From the IMG/VR virus record IMGVR_UViG_3300008255_000002: a DNA stretch of 64,000 nt; one strand, 5' to 3'. The first letter of the stretch is position 1. Each line of letters begins with the position of its first letter. Shown one piece after another: positions 1 to 9,324 of this stretch. The translations under genes and the position numbers were made by a program. This DNA comes from a virus. The notes below the pieces were generated by a model. That model was not told the origin of the DNA. It saw nothing but the letters and a program-made list of their open reading frames with translations, and searched no databases.

Positions 1-795
1 ACTAAGAAATATATTATTTGTTATATCTTTTTTTTCTTTCATAAATTTTACTACTTTATCTATATCATAATATTTATGCAGACATGTCATCATATTATGA
101 TTTTTTGCTAATACTTCTCCTATCTTAAGAGTGCCGCAGAAATCCATATTTGACGCTATAATAGGAATAGCATTTATCTCTAAATCATCAAATTTTCTAT
201 CTAATACAACTTGAGACCTACTGTCTATATTGCTTAAAATAGGTTCTATTAATACATCATCAAAATCAATTTTTTTATTCATAATTCTGTTTTGGTAAAA
301 TGAAATTTTTGAGATATGTTCCAAAAATTCTGATTGATTACTAGACCATTTAAATTTATTACATTTTCCACAACATGTTACAATATTACTTTTTATATAT
401 CCAATATCATTCTTAACTCTATCTATTCCATTATGAATAAAAGAAGATATTTTTTGTGATGGCAAATTCCCACAATAATAACAATGCTGTTGTGTTAACT
501 CGTAAAATTCTTCTTTTGTTAAATCGAATTCTCTATTACGTTTTAATGCATTTTTTTTATATGTATTATACATACAATAAAAACCGCCAGGATATTCATC
601 GACAATTCTTCTAATACATCCACAACTTTTCTTGGTTTTTATTTTATGAACTGGAAGTGGTTTTGTTAAATTATCATAATATCCACATTTACATATCCAT
701 AAATGTCTTCCTTTTTCTTTTTTACCTACATATTCTACAACCTTAGGTTTGCCGAATTTTTTTTCTAATAAACCTTTTTTATACTTTATCGGCAT
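1..795 (-). CDS. guaC: HNH-type homing endonuclease (aa 1-171) fused in frame to GMP reductase; runs off the window edge
   Basis: Absent from the ORF track. Manual translation from ATG 795 has no stop to position 1. Nuclease motifs WICKCG, SCGC, CYYCG, NGIDRVKNDIGY, TCCGKCN, then at 282 MNKKIDFDDVLIEP...PIIASNMD...LHKYY, the GuaC N-terminus. Confidence 0.8.
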   Translation of the reverse strand, partial: MPIKYKKGLLEKKFGKPKVVEYVGKKEKGRHLWICKCGYYDNLTKPLPVHKIKTKKSCGCIRRIVDEYPGGFYCMYNTYKKNALKRNREFDLTKEEFYELTQQHCYYCGNLPSQKISSFIHNGIDRVKNDIGYIKSNIVTCCGKCNKFKWSSNQSEFLEHISKISFYQNRIMNKKIDFDDVLIEPILSNIDSRSQVVLDRKFDDLEINAIPIIASNMDFCGTLKIGEVLAKNHNMMTCLHKYYDIDKVVKFMKEKKDITNNIFLS

Positions 796-2455
796 TTTGC
801 ATCCTTTGGATATATTGTATCCTAGTTATTTCTAACTGATTATATTCCATCCTACGATTATATAGTTCTTGTAATAATATATTTCTATCGAAATTTCTTG
901 GGCGATTTTGAGATACAACACTCATATCAGCAAAAATTGTTGTCACGCCACCAGTTAAATTAACACCGAGATTTAAATATCTGGTAAGTTTCATAGCAAA
1001 ATAACTATTACATAATTCAGGAAGACCTAAAACATTAGCAATTGCCCAATTTACAAATTCATCATTTTTTAAATTATTTGGAATTTGTTTTTTAGGTTCG
1101 TGGATTCTTGGCGGGGAAAACCATGTATATCTAATGTCTTTTAGGGGAAGTTGATCGAATATTTCCATCCACTTATTTGCAGTTGTGTCCCAATTATAAT
1201 TTTTTCTACATGAAGATGCAACTTCAAATTTACGTTTATTGCGCGGCAACTTAGGTAAACTTAAATAAGTAATTAACTTATCAACCAAATCTTGTTTGTC
1301 TGGAAGTGCGAATAATCTATTTGTTTCAACTTCTCTATAGTAATTTAAAACCTTAATAGGATATGCTTTAATTGTTTCTGGGAAATCTTCAAGTGCGGAA
1401 TAGTTTAAAACAAATCCAGGAATACCAGCAGCAGCAGATTCGACACAAGGAACCTCAAATCCAGACGCACAACTTAAATGTACATAACAATCGAATAAAT
1501 TGTAAATTTGATTTAGTTCATCTTCCTCTAACCCAAATTCAACGCCGGGAATAATTAACGATGGACTTCCGCACTTTTTACAAACAGCTAATCCATCCTG
1601 AAAGAAAGATGGCATATGAGTTTGGCATTTTTTACATTTGTATGAAAATAATACCTTATTTGTTAATCCATATTCTTTAAGTAATGTTGGAAGTTCCCAT
1701 CCCATATCAGGATATGATGTATGTAGATACAGATATGTTTTATTAACTATTTCTTGTGGTGCCTGCCCACAAAACATTTCAAATGCTTCTAGTAAATCTG
1801 GAATTAGTTTTCTTTTTTGATTACGTCCAATAAATCCAAGAATATTAATATCTTCCTCTAATCCATAGAATTTTCTTAGATTTTTAAGATCCTGGATTGG
1901 TTTATAGATATTATAGTCTGGACACGGAGGAACCCAACCTAAATAATTAATATTTGAATATTCTTTAAGTAATTCTCCAGCCCACTTAGAATAAGTTAAG
2001 ATTCCATCAGCTTCAGTAAATGCAGCAATCCATTCATCTGCTTGTGGTTTTGCATCGACTGTTGCTTGATGGAATAAATAATAAAATGGGCGAAATGGAG
2101 AATCAAACTCAAATCCGCACATAAAAATATCTCTTACGTCAACAACAATATCTGGCATCCATTCTATACATACATTATCAAATGAAAATTTACCTAATTG
2201 ATTAATAGTTGATGAATTAAATCTTTCTTCTTCGCCAGGATTTGGTAAATTAAAAAATACTTTCCAGTGGCAATTTGTTTTGCTGTTTTGTGGATCTCCA
2301 TAAATAGCTAATTCAGCAATTTCATATTTATTTGTTTTATGCCACCTTTCTAATAAATTTTTTGTGATACGTGCATATCCTGTATTTAGGTGGTGACTCT
2401 CCCCAACAAATAAAATCTTTGGTTTTCTATTATTCATTATCGTAAATTGCTCCAT
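779..2455 (-). CDS. GT-B (GT4-like) glycosyltransferase with a CxxC...CxxC insert
   Basis: N-terminal TGYAR; GRNQKRKLIPDL; NLFDCYV...SGFEVPCVESAAAGIP. Confidence 0.8.
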   Translation of the reverse strand: MEQFTIMNNRKPKILFVGESHHLNTGYARITKNLLERWHKTNKYEIAELAIYGDPQNSKTNCHWKVFFNLPNPGEEERFNSSTINQLGKFSFDNVCIEWMPDIVVDVRDIFMCGFEFDSPFRPFYYLFHQATVDAKPQADEWIAAFTEADGILTYSKWAGELLKEYSNINYLGWVPPCPDYNIYKPIQDLKNLRKFYGLEEDINILGFIGRNQKRKLIPDLLEAFEMFCGQAPQEIVNKTYLYLHTSYPDMGWELPTLLKEYGLTNKVLFSYKCKKCQTHMPSFFQDGLAVCKKCGSPSLIIPGVEFGLEEDELNQIYNLFDCYVHLSCASGFEVPCVESAAAGIPGFVLNYSALEDFPETIKAYPIKVLNYYREVETNRLFALPDKQDLVDKLITYLSLPKLPRNKRKFEVASSCRKNYNWDTTANKWMEIFDQLPLKDIRYTWFSPPRIHEPKKQIPNNLKNDEFVNWAIANVLGLPELCNSYFAMKLTRYLNLGVNLTGGVTTIFADMSVVSQNRPRNFDRNILLQELYNRRMEYNQLEITRIQYIQRMQNADKV

Positions 2456-2498
2456 ATTCTATCTTAGTTTTCATAAGTCTTTTCGCTGTAACATGTTA

Positions 2499-2897
2499 CT
2501 AAAATGGTACTTCTTCTGTATCCTCTACTTCTTCTTCTGTTTCCACTTCTAATTCCGGTTCTTCATCTTCCACTTGTGTTTGAGTTTCATTTCTATCTTT
2601 TTTAGGAGCACTAGCATTTTGATCAAATTGTAAGAATGAAGCTAAAATATATTCATATTTCTTATCATTATAATCTTCTTGAACCAACAATCCCATAATT
2701 TTGATGCGATTTCCAGGTTTAAGTTTTTGGGCGAATTTTGCTGTATAATCCCAACATTTTACTACCTTAAATGTTTTTTGTGTTTTTCCGTTGCTATAGA
2801 AATTACTTACAACATTAAATTGTGCCCATTCATTGCCATTTTTAGCTTTGCCGCTTTTTACTTCACGAACAACCGTAACATTATCTGATACTTGCAT
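2499..2897 (-). CDS. ssb: Single-stranded DNA-binding protein
   Basis: OB-fold-like N-terminus (VKCWD...LKPGNRIKIMG) and acidic tail ending EEVPF. Confidence 0.8.
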   Translation of the reverse strand: MQVSDNVTVVREVKSGKAKNGNEWAQFNVVSNFYSNGKTQKTFKVVKCWDYTAKFAQKLKPGNRIKIMGLLVQEDYNDKKYEYILASFLQFDQNASAPKKDRNETQTQVEDEEPELEVETEEEVEDTEEVPF

Positions 2898-2927
2898 TAT
2901 TTATTCCTTTTTAAAATATTAAATTAT

Positions 2928-5711
2928 TCAAATTCGTTTAGCTCCATTAATAATTAATGATTTTTTATACTTTTCATCTTTGCTTGTGCTACGCGCACAT
3001 TCAACTAAAACGCAAGCTCCTTCATAGACAGTTTTATCTTTTGTTAATTCTTTTAGCGTATCGGGAAAAATAACCGCGTTTACTTCTCCGGTTTTATCTT
3101 TCAATGTAACAAATGCCATATTCTGTCCGGCACTTGCTCCACCTTTACAAGTATGGTATCTTAGCGAAGCAATTTCGACCAAAAAGTTTAGAGAATGATT
3201 GTCTAGTCGATCTTCTAGGAAGTCTTCTATTGTCGATGCTGTATTATTTTTATATTTATCTAGGTTATTATAGGTTAAGCTAATTCCAAGTAATTCAGTT
3301 TCTTTTTCAATAATTTCGTGTTCAAAATCACTTAAATCCATTGGTGGTTTTTTTAGAACATTAATAACGTCGTTGATAATAGAGACTCTGTTTTTATTGT
3401 GACACGCACCCCCTTCTTTTTTAGTTTTCGCGGCACTTGTTAATAAATCAATTATGTTATCGTGATTATGATAATTTTCCCTAACCCAAAGCTTTTCTTT
3501 TTCGTTGACTATAGAGAATTGAGCAACTTCAAAAGCCATTTTTTTTCTATCAGAACTAATTTTCCTTAACGCACCGCACTCAATTAATATTTTTAAAACT
3601 GATGGAGATAAATCATTTAAAACTAAAAATTCGTACCAGCTACAACCGTTTAATTTTAATTTTGATAATTGTTCTTTGGTGTGAATTGTGGTCGTTTCAC
3701 CTATACCTGATATATCTGATAAACCAAATATAATTGTGTTTTTATCTAAAATTTTAAATTGAATATCACTATTTATAATACATGGAGGAATCACATTAAT
3801 ATCAAACTGTTTCGCATCAACAACTAATTCAACTATAGATTCCTTTTCACCGTTACAACCTTTGAGCCATGCGACGAACCAAGGCAAGACATGATTAGCT
3901 TTTAAATATGCTGTTGTGTAAGTTCTTATCCCATAACCATATGCGTGCGATGCATTAAAAATATAGCGCGCAGATGCTTTAATATTATTTGCAATGTTTT
4001 CAGCTTCCTCTTTAGTAACAATGCCTTTTTCTGTAGCTTTTTCAACAAATAATTTTAGAATATTTGTCATTTCTTCTGCGTTTTTCTTTCCGGCGGAATT
4101 ATGTATAACCATTCCGTTTGCGATAATATATGGTGAATCTTCATCAGCAATTGTAAAATCATATACGGGAATAGTTTTTACTTCTTGTCGTTCTGTTTCC
4201 AATATTTCATATGTGTGCTTTCCATTAGAAAGATTGATCCAATATGGATCGTTGGTGTTTATAGCTAATCTTTTAAATTTAGTTATTGATAAATCTTGAG
4301 AATAAACAGATCCTCCATCATTATTACAAATACATTGTGGGTATTGATCTATCATTTTTATAACAATATGATGTGGCACTGTATCTGTTGTAAATTGGGA
4401 AATTCTATTAATATTATTGATTAGGTCTTGTTTTTTATAATCTGCCCAAAACTCATGTAGATTTTCATTAATTAATTTCTTTTGATCTTCTACGTCATTA
4501 ATGTATAATCTATAATATGTATCATTATATCCATCAACCTTCCTTTCTCTAATATAACTTCTAATACCAAATCTTAACAAAAGTAGTTTTACCTGATTTA
4601 TTAATTTGTTTGATTTGGATGAAAATTCTAATTGTCCGCCATCTTTATTTACTCCAGCCTCATGACCTAATAAATGAGATAAAAACACTCGTGTAGTTTC
4701 TTTTGTCATTCCCATCATAATATCTGGTAGTTTCTTTCTGTCTGAGCGACCAAAATCCATATATTTTAAAAGAAAATCTATATGTTGTTTGTGTAATCTT
4801 GCAACTCTACCACACGAATTCATTGGAGGATAATGACCAAAAACATTTTTAAATGATTCTTTGTAAGAATTCATTACATTTTCATCAAAGTTTGTAAAAT
4901 GACCATATCCGCCTTCTTTATTCTTATTATTAAATAATCCTTCGGCAACTATTCCGACAATCACAATAGCTAAATCTTTACTTATTAAATCATCTCCATC
5001 ATATTCGATTTCTCTTGTACAAACCATTACATCTTTTTGTGGTTTTAATCTAGATCTAGCTTTCCACCCCTGACTTGTTAGAAGTTGATGAAATTTTGTT
5101 GCTTTAACATTGAATCCGCTGTTTGTTTTAACAACCCCTGTATTACAAATTTTTGTTTGCCAAATTCTTTCTATTTTCTTCCATTGCTGCTTCCCATTCT
5201 CATCCATTACTAAAAAAAGATCATTTTTATATCCTTCTTTTAATAATCTATCTATAGTAATCCATCCCCGCGTTTTAGAAACAAACATTGTATCGCCAGA
5301 TACACACTTCCTTAATTTATCAACCTCTAATAAACTAAAATCTGCCAATTCTCTAGCAATAGCCATCATCGCTTCTTGATAAATCATCAATTGTTCTGTA
5401 TCACTTAACATTTTATCTAATGATGGATGCCACGAAATAGCTTCTTCTTCTTTGTTTTTTCTAAGTATATAGTGGTCTGTAATAGATATATTTTTTTCGT
5501 CGCGGGCATTGAGACAGCCGGGGCGAAGTAGGCTTAATAAGGCGGCTATATGATGTATATTTTCAGGTTTTAACCTAGCACACATCTTACCCGCCCACTT
5601 CTTTTCTAATTGAAATACTCCGGCTGTTCTACCAGTCCAAAATATTTCTTCATATGTTTTTCTATCATCTAGTGGAATTGTTTCGTAGATGTTATTTGTT
5701 GTAAATTTCAT
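2928..5711 (-). CDS. dnaE: DNA polymerase III alpha, C-terminal half (fingers/HhH/OB), with one intein
   Basis: IPLDD...GVFQLE, LLRPG, IYQE, YIFNASHAYGY, FGLSDISGIG, MAFVTLKD...VIFPD. Confidence 0.93.
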   Translation of the reverse strand: MKFTTNNIYETIPLDDRKTYEEIFWTGRTAGVFQLEKKWAGKMCARLKPENIHHIAALLSLLRPGCLNARDEKNISITDHYILRKNKEEEAISWHPSLDKMLSDTEQLMIYQEAMMAIARELADFSLLEVDKLRKCVSGDTMFVSKTRGWITIDRLLKEGYKNDLFLVMDENGKQQWKKIERIWQTKICNTGVVKTNSGFNVKATKFHQLLTSQGWKARSRLKPQKDVMVCTREIEYDGDDLISKDLAIVIVGIVAEGLFNNKNKEGGYGHFTNFDENVMNSYKESFKNVFGHYPPMNSCGRVARLHKQHIDFLLKYMDFGRSDRKKLPDIMMGMTKETTRVFLSHLLGHEAGVNKDGGQLEFSSKSNKLINQVKLLLLRFGIRSYIRERKVDGYNDTYYRLYINDVEDQKKLINENLHEFWADYKKQDLINNINRISQFTTDTVPHHIVIKMIDQYPQCICNNDGGSVYSQDLSITKFKRLAINTNDPYWINLSNGKHTYEILETERQEVKTIPVYDFTIADEDSPYIIANGMVIHNSAGKKNAEEMTNILKLFVEKATEKGIVTKEEAENIANNIKASARYIFNASHAYGYGIRTYTTAYLKANHVLPWFVAWLKGCNGEKESIVELVVDAKQFDINVIPPCIINSDIQFKILDKNTIIFGLSDISGIGETTTIHTKEQLSKLKLNGCSWYEFLVLNDLSPSVLKILIECGALRKISSDRKKMAFEVAQFSIVNEKEKLWVRENYHNHDNIIDLLTSAAKTKKEGGACHNKNRVSIINDVINVLKKPPMDLSDFEHEIIEKETELLGISLTYNNLDKYKNNTASTIEDFLEDRLDNHSLNFLVEIASLRYHTCKGGASAGQNMAFVTLKDKTGEVNAVIFPDTLKELTKDKTVYEGACVLVECARSTSKDEKYKKSLIINGAKRI
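4098..5306 (-). mobile_element. Intein (403 aa) with LAGLIDADG endonuclease in dnaE C-half
   Basis: LRK|CVSGDT...VYDFTI...GMVIHN|SAGKK. Confidence 0.92.
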
Positions 5712-5718
5712 AATTCGG

Positions 5719-5967
5719 CTATTCCTCTATCTCTGGTTTTTCAATCGGTCCATAAAACCAACCAAATTCTTCGGCTACATATTCAGAATCTACCCCACAT
5801 TGATAAATTTCTATATTGTCTGTTGCGAACTCAAATACATATTGTATGATAATTATTTGATAGGCTTTTCCTAAATCATCAAACCAATATTCCGCCCAAT
5901 AAAAACCTTCATCTTTTGGAAGTGTATCTTTTGTCCAGCCGCGATGCGGTTTTTTATATAATTTCAT
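5719..5967 (-). CDS. Hypothetical protein
   Basis: Tightly packed ORF, overlaps upstream stop. Confidence 0.6.
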   Translation of the reverse strand: MKLYKKPHRGWTKDTLPKDEGFYWAEYWFDDLGKAYQIIIIQYVFEFATDNIEIYQCGVDSEYVAEEFGWFYGPIEKPEIEE

Positions 5968-6590
5968 TTTGGACCCAAGCTCCCACTACGTATAGCGGGT
6001 TTCCAATAATTAGCAGTACTTCTAATATATTGCTCGTTTCGTTTCACAAAACTGACAAGTTCATCAAGTGTCCCAAATGTTAAATTACTATGATATTCAA
6101 TCCACGGATGAGGATTTGGCATAACCGTTAATACTAATTTATTCATTTGTTTTGCGTAAACTAATTCCATAGCACTACCACAACCAATCTTCCAATAGTT
6201 ACATATAATAATATCGGAATCTTTAATCCATTTGATATCCCTCTCAACCAATGTTTTCCAGTCGCTTTCATGTCGCGATGGATCGCAATATTCATATGTA
6301 TCGCCAAGCTCCACAACAACTTTATCGCGCCACCCATGAGTTGCTTCTTTATCATTATCAATAATTCTTCCACTAAGATATATCTTTAATTTATTATTTG
6401 TGTTAATCATTTTTTTCCTGTTTAAGTAATCTGTAAAGAATCTAGCTTGATTCCACCCTCTAACATAATCTTTATATTGTTGAGAATCTTTTTCATAACC
6501 ACAATCATCTACATTTAATTGTGGTGTGTATTTATAGGCTTTATATCCTTCATGAAATTTATAAGATGGTTTTCTGTATCCATTATTCAA
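5964..6590 (-). CDS. Nucleoside 2-deoxyribosyltransferase-like protein with N-terminal extension
   Basis: KIYLSG...WRD...DP...DIKWIKDSDIII...GSAMELVYAKQMNK. Confidence 0.7.
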   Translation of the reverse strand: MNNGYRKPSYKFHEGYKAYKYTPQLNVDDCGYEKDSQQYKDYVRGWNQARFFTDYLNRKKMINTNNKLKIYLSGRIIDNDKEATHGWRDKVVVELGDTYEYCDPSRHESDWKTLVERDIKWIKDSDIIICNYWKIGCGSAMELVYAKQMNKLVLTVMPNPHPWIEYHSNLTFGTLDELVSFVKRNEQYIRSTANYWKPAIRSGSLGPK

Positions 6591-6645
6591 ATCAATATGA
6601 TGGTCTGGTAATTTTTCAAATGGTATTGTATAAGTATGATATTTA

Positions 6646-7332
6646 TTAGAAATTCTGATAATCCTCTGGAAAATTAAGTTGAGCCCCTGTTTTATATTCT
6701 ATAGTAGCACGATCATATGCTTTTGCAGCATCTATCTCATTTACAAATCTTCCAATATTTTTTGCAGAATTATTTGTTAGCCAAATTCTACAAATCCATT
6801 TTTTATTTTTTCTACTCTTGTCTAAAAACACACCATAATAATTAGATGTGCTATTTTTTACCTTTCTTCTATTGCGTTGTTGTGTTGTACGATTAGTCCA
6901 TCTCATATTTCCATAAGTATAACCTTCATTATTTTTTATTCTATCTAACGTCATTCCATCAGGCGGATCACCCATATATTTATAAAATTTGTTTATATCA
7001 TTAAAATCTGGATGATATGTTATTCCCCGACCACCATAATCGTTCCATTGTGGATGATTAGGATCAGAACATCTTTTTATCATTTTTCTCCATGATTCAT
7101 ATACTTTAGAATTTGCAAAACCATGTTTTTCTCTATGTTCTTTTAACTTTTCTCTTCCTAAACAACCACAACTTTTTGTAGATCCAAATTTTATACTCGA
7201 TCCTACTATTGGATGAGTTCTTTTTGTCCCACAACTACATTTACAAATATATCTTTTTGAACCTCCTTTTGTTTTATCATAAAATTCTATTACTGTCAAT
7301 CTATTAAATTCTTTCCCTATCATATTATCCAT
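6646..7332 (-). CDS. HNH-AP2 homing endonuclease
   Basis: CKCSCG, SCGC, YGGRGI, TLDRIKNNEGY...NMRW, C-terminal AP2 (YYGV...IGRF..EIDAAKAYD). Confidence 0.88.
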   Translation of the reverse strand: MDNMIGKEFNRLTVIEFYDKTKGGSKRYICKCSCGTKRTHPIVGSSIKFGSTKSCGCLGREKLKEHREKHGFANSKVYESWRKMIKRCSDPNHPQWNDYGGRGITYHPDFNDINKFYKYMGDPPDGMTLDRIKNNEGYTYGNMRWTNRTTQQRNRRKVKNSTSNYYGVFLDKSRKNKKWICRIWLTNNSAKNIGRFVNEIDAAKAYDRATIEYKTGAQLNFPEDYQNF

Positions 7333-7996
7333 TTTTCATACTACCTCTGAAATCATAACGTTTTGCTAATCTTCTTTTCCATGATTGAAATCTAATAAAA
7401 ATTTTTGATAAATCATGAATATCTCTAGTTGCTGTATGTTTTTTTCCGTACATATCATCGTCTGGCAAACCAAGATAATTTCTAGCATAATCCATACTAA
7501 ATGACTCAACCTCCCAATCGCCACCCAATCCTTCTACCCATGTATACCACTCAACCATCATATCAATAGAAAATCTTTTATTAAATGGATATTTTGTTTT
7601 ATATTTTTTGCAATAACGTTTCGTAATTAAATCGTCGAATCCGTTATTATTCCAACCTATATTAATACACCTATCCCATTCAGATTTTCCACCAGCATAA
7701 CGTAAACAAAAATCTATGAAATTGTTCCATACAATTTTTTCGTTAGGGAAGGTTAATATATCTTCGCGCGAAACACCCGCAATATTAAGCGCTTGATCTT
7801 CTATATTGGAATCTTTATAAACATCCTCTATTGTTTCAAGGTGTGCCGGTTTCATATATGATGAGAAAAATCCACCATCAACCTTTTCCAAGGTGTGACC
7901 ATCCAAAATTAAAATTGCTACCTGTATCGGATAACAATTTTCTGGGTCTGGAGAACTTGTCTCATAATCGTAAGGAGAAAAACAAATATTTTTCAT
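7325..7996 (-). CDS. DEDDh 3'-5' exonuclease (DnaQ/epsilon-like)
   Basis: DYETS, GWNNNGFD, HTATRD. Confidence 0.85.
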   Translation of the reverse strand: MKNICFSPYDYETSSPDPENCYPIQVAILILDGHTLEKVDGGFFSSYMKPAHLETIEDVYKDSNIEDQALNIAGVSREDILTFPNEKIVWNNFIDFCLRYAGGKSEWDRCINIGWNNNGFDDLITKRYCKKYKTKYPFNKRFSIDMMVEWYTWVEGLGGDWEVESFSMDYARNYLGLPDDDMYGKKHTATRDIHDLSKIFIRFQSWKRRLAKRYDFRGSMKNG

Positions 7997-8553
7997 TTTG
8001 TTAATCCTAATTCATAAGCCTTCCTATCTACCGCCGGGATGCTACGGTTAACGAATTGTGATACTTTCTCTTTCGATTTTTTACATTTTTTAATGTAGTT
8101 ATTTTTTAAATATTCTATTTGTTCTATTGTCCACCATCTCGAACTTGGAATGAAAACATCCTTATACATAACATTTCTTTTTCTTTCTAGACAAAAGTTA
8201 TAACCTTTATATATGTTATCTCTAAATAGAATAGTATCTCTATAACCCATATTCCAATAATATAAAGTATATGTTTTTTTATTCTTTTTTGTTATAATTT
8301 TATTGATAGATCCTATATCCTCACACCTACGTTTTAATTCAATTAAAAAATCATTACTCTTACAAGTTATACTAGAATTAATTCTCTTTGAAGTTGAATT
8401 TATCCAAGCTGATCCGTCTGCATCAAAATATCCTCTAACATAATTCCAAAAGTATTCTGATGGTATATCAAAATTTAACAGATGTCTACCTGTTTTATTG
8501 GGGAATATTTGATATTTTTCTAGTTCTTTTATTATTTGTTCAGAATAAATCAA
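7993..8553 (-). CDS. Free-standing LAGLIDADG endonuclease (probably truncated)
   Basis: YVRGYFDADGS, LERK, C-terminal WT..QIEYL...R...AV..KA..LGL. Confidence 0.75.
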   Translation of the reverse strand: MIYSEQIIKELEKYQIFPNKTGRHLLNFDIPSEYFWNYVRGYFDADGSAWINSTSKRINSSITCKSNDFLIELKRRCEDIGSINKIITKKNKKTYTLYYWNMGYRDTILFRDNIYKGYNFCLERKRNVMYKDVFIPSSRWWTIEQIEYLKNNYIKKCKKSKEKVSQFVNRSIPAVDRKAYELGLTK

Positions 8554-9032
8554 TCAATTTTAAAAGTTCCTATAGATACATCTTGATTATTTAGACATAC
8601 AAAAGAATAATTTTTTTTATTAGTAATATATTTTAGATTTTTAGTGTCGTGAATATAGATAGCTATACCACCACTAACATCTAAATTAAGAAATTTAAAA
8701 TATTCCCTTACCATATCTGATTCTTGTTCATTAAGAAGTATCTCGTTTTCCTTGTTTCTTTTGTGTGTTGTTATAATATATTTATACTTTATATCTTCTG
8801 TAAAACATAGATATTTTAAATAACCGCTAATTATTAAAATTTTTAAAATTTCAATGTTTTTATCGTTGTTATTTTTAAATAATGAAACTGTTATATTTTT
8901 TTCGCATATATGTTTTATAGGTATATCAGGAAAATTTTTATCGTATAATATAGAGGTAAAAAAATAATCACTTTTTAACTTATAATTATTTTTATCGGTA
9001 TGTATTTCATCAAATAATTCTATTAATTTCAT
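8550..9032 (-). CDS. Hypothetical protein
   Basis: Operon-packed ORF. Confidence 0.55.
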   Translation of the reverse strand: MKLIELFDEIHTDKNNYKLKSDYFFTSILYDKNFPDIPIKHICEKNITVSLFKNNNDKNIEILKILIISGYLKYLCFTEDIKYKYIITTHKRNKENEILLNEQESDMVREYFKFLNLDVSGGIAIYIHDTKNLKYITNKKNYSFVCLNNQDVSIGTFKID

Positions 9033-9319
9033 TTAATCCAATCCCATACACAATTTGAGTTTTTAATTTCTTCTATATCTACGTTATCACATGGATATTT
9101 TTCTAATGCTTCCAAGAACGATTTTCGTAAAGGGTCTATTTCTTCTTCGATATACTTTTGATCTCCATCTTTATCTAATGAATATACAGCCGTCCAACTA
9201 TTTGAATATGATGTACTACTTTTCCACACGACTCCTGTATTAAGCTTCCTAATTATTATATAATAATATCCACATCCGCATTCAGGATCAGTACATCCTC
9301 TATCATAAGCTGTATACAT
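9029..9319 (-). CDS. Hypothetical protein
   Basis: Operon-packed ORF. Confidence 0.55.
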   Translation of the reverse strand: MYTAYDRGCTDPECGCGYYYIIIRKLNTGVVWKSSTSYSNSWTAVYSLDKDGDQKYIEEEIDPLRKSFLEALEKYPCDNVDIEEIKNSNCVWDWIK

Positions 9320-9324
9320 TATTT

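Noticed and set aside
5712-9324. Group I intron joining the dnaE halves
   Set aside because: The interval is filled with ordinary coupled genes, both halves have their own start and stop, and I saw no intron core; not formally excluded without a covariance-model search.
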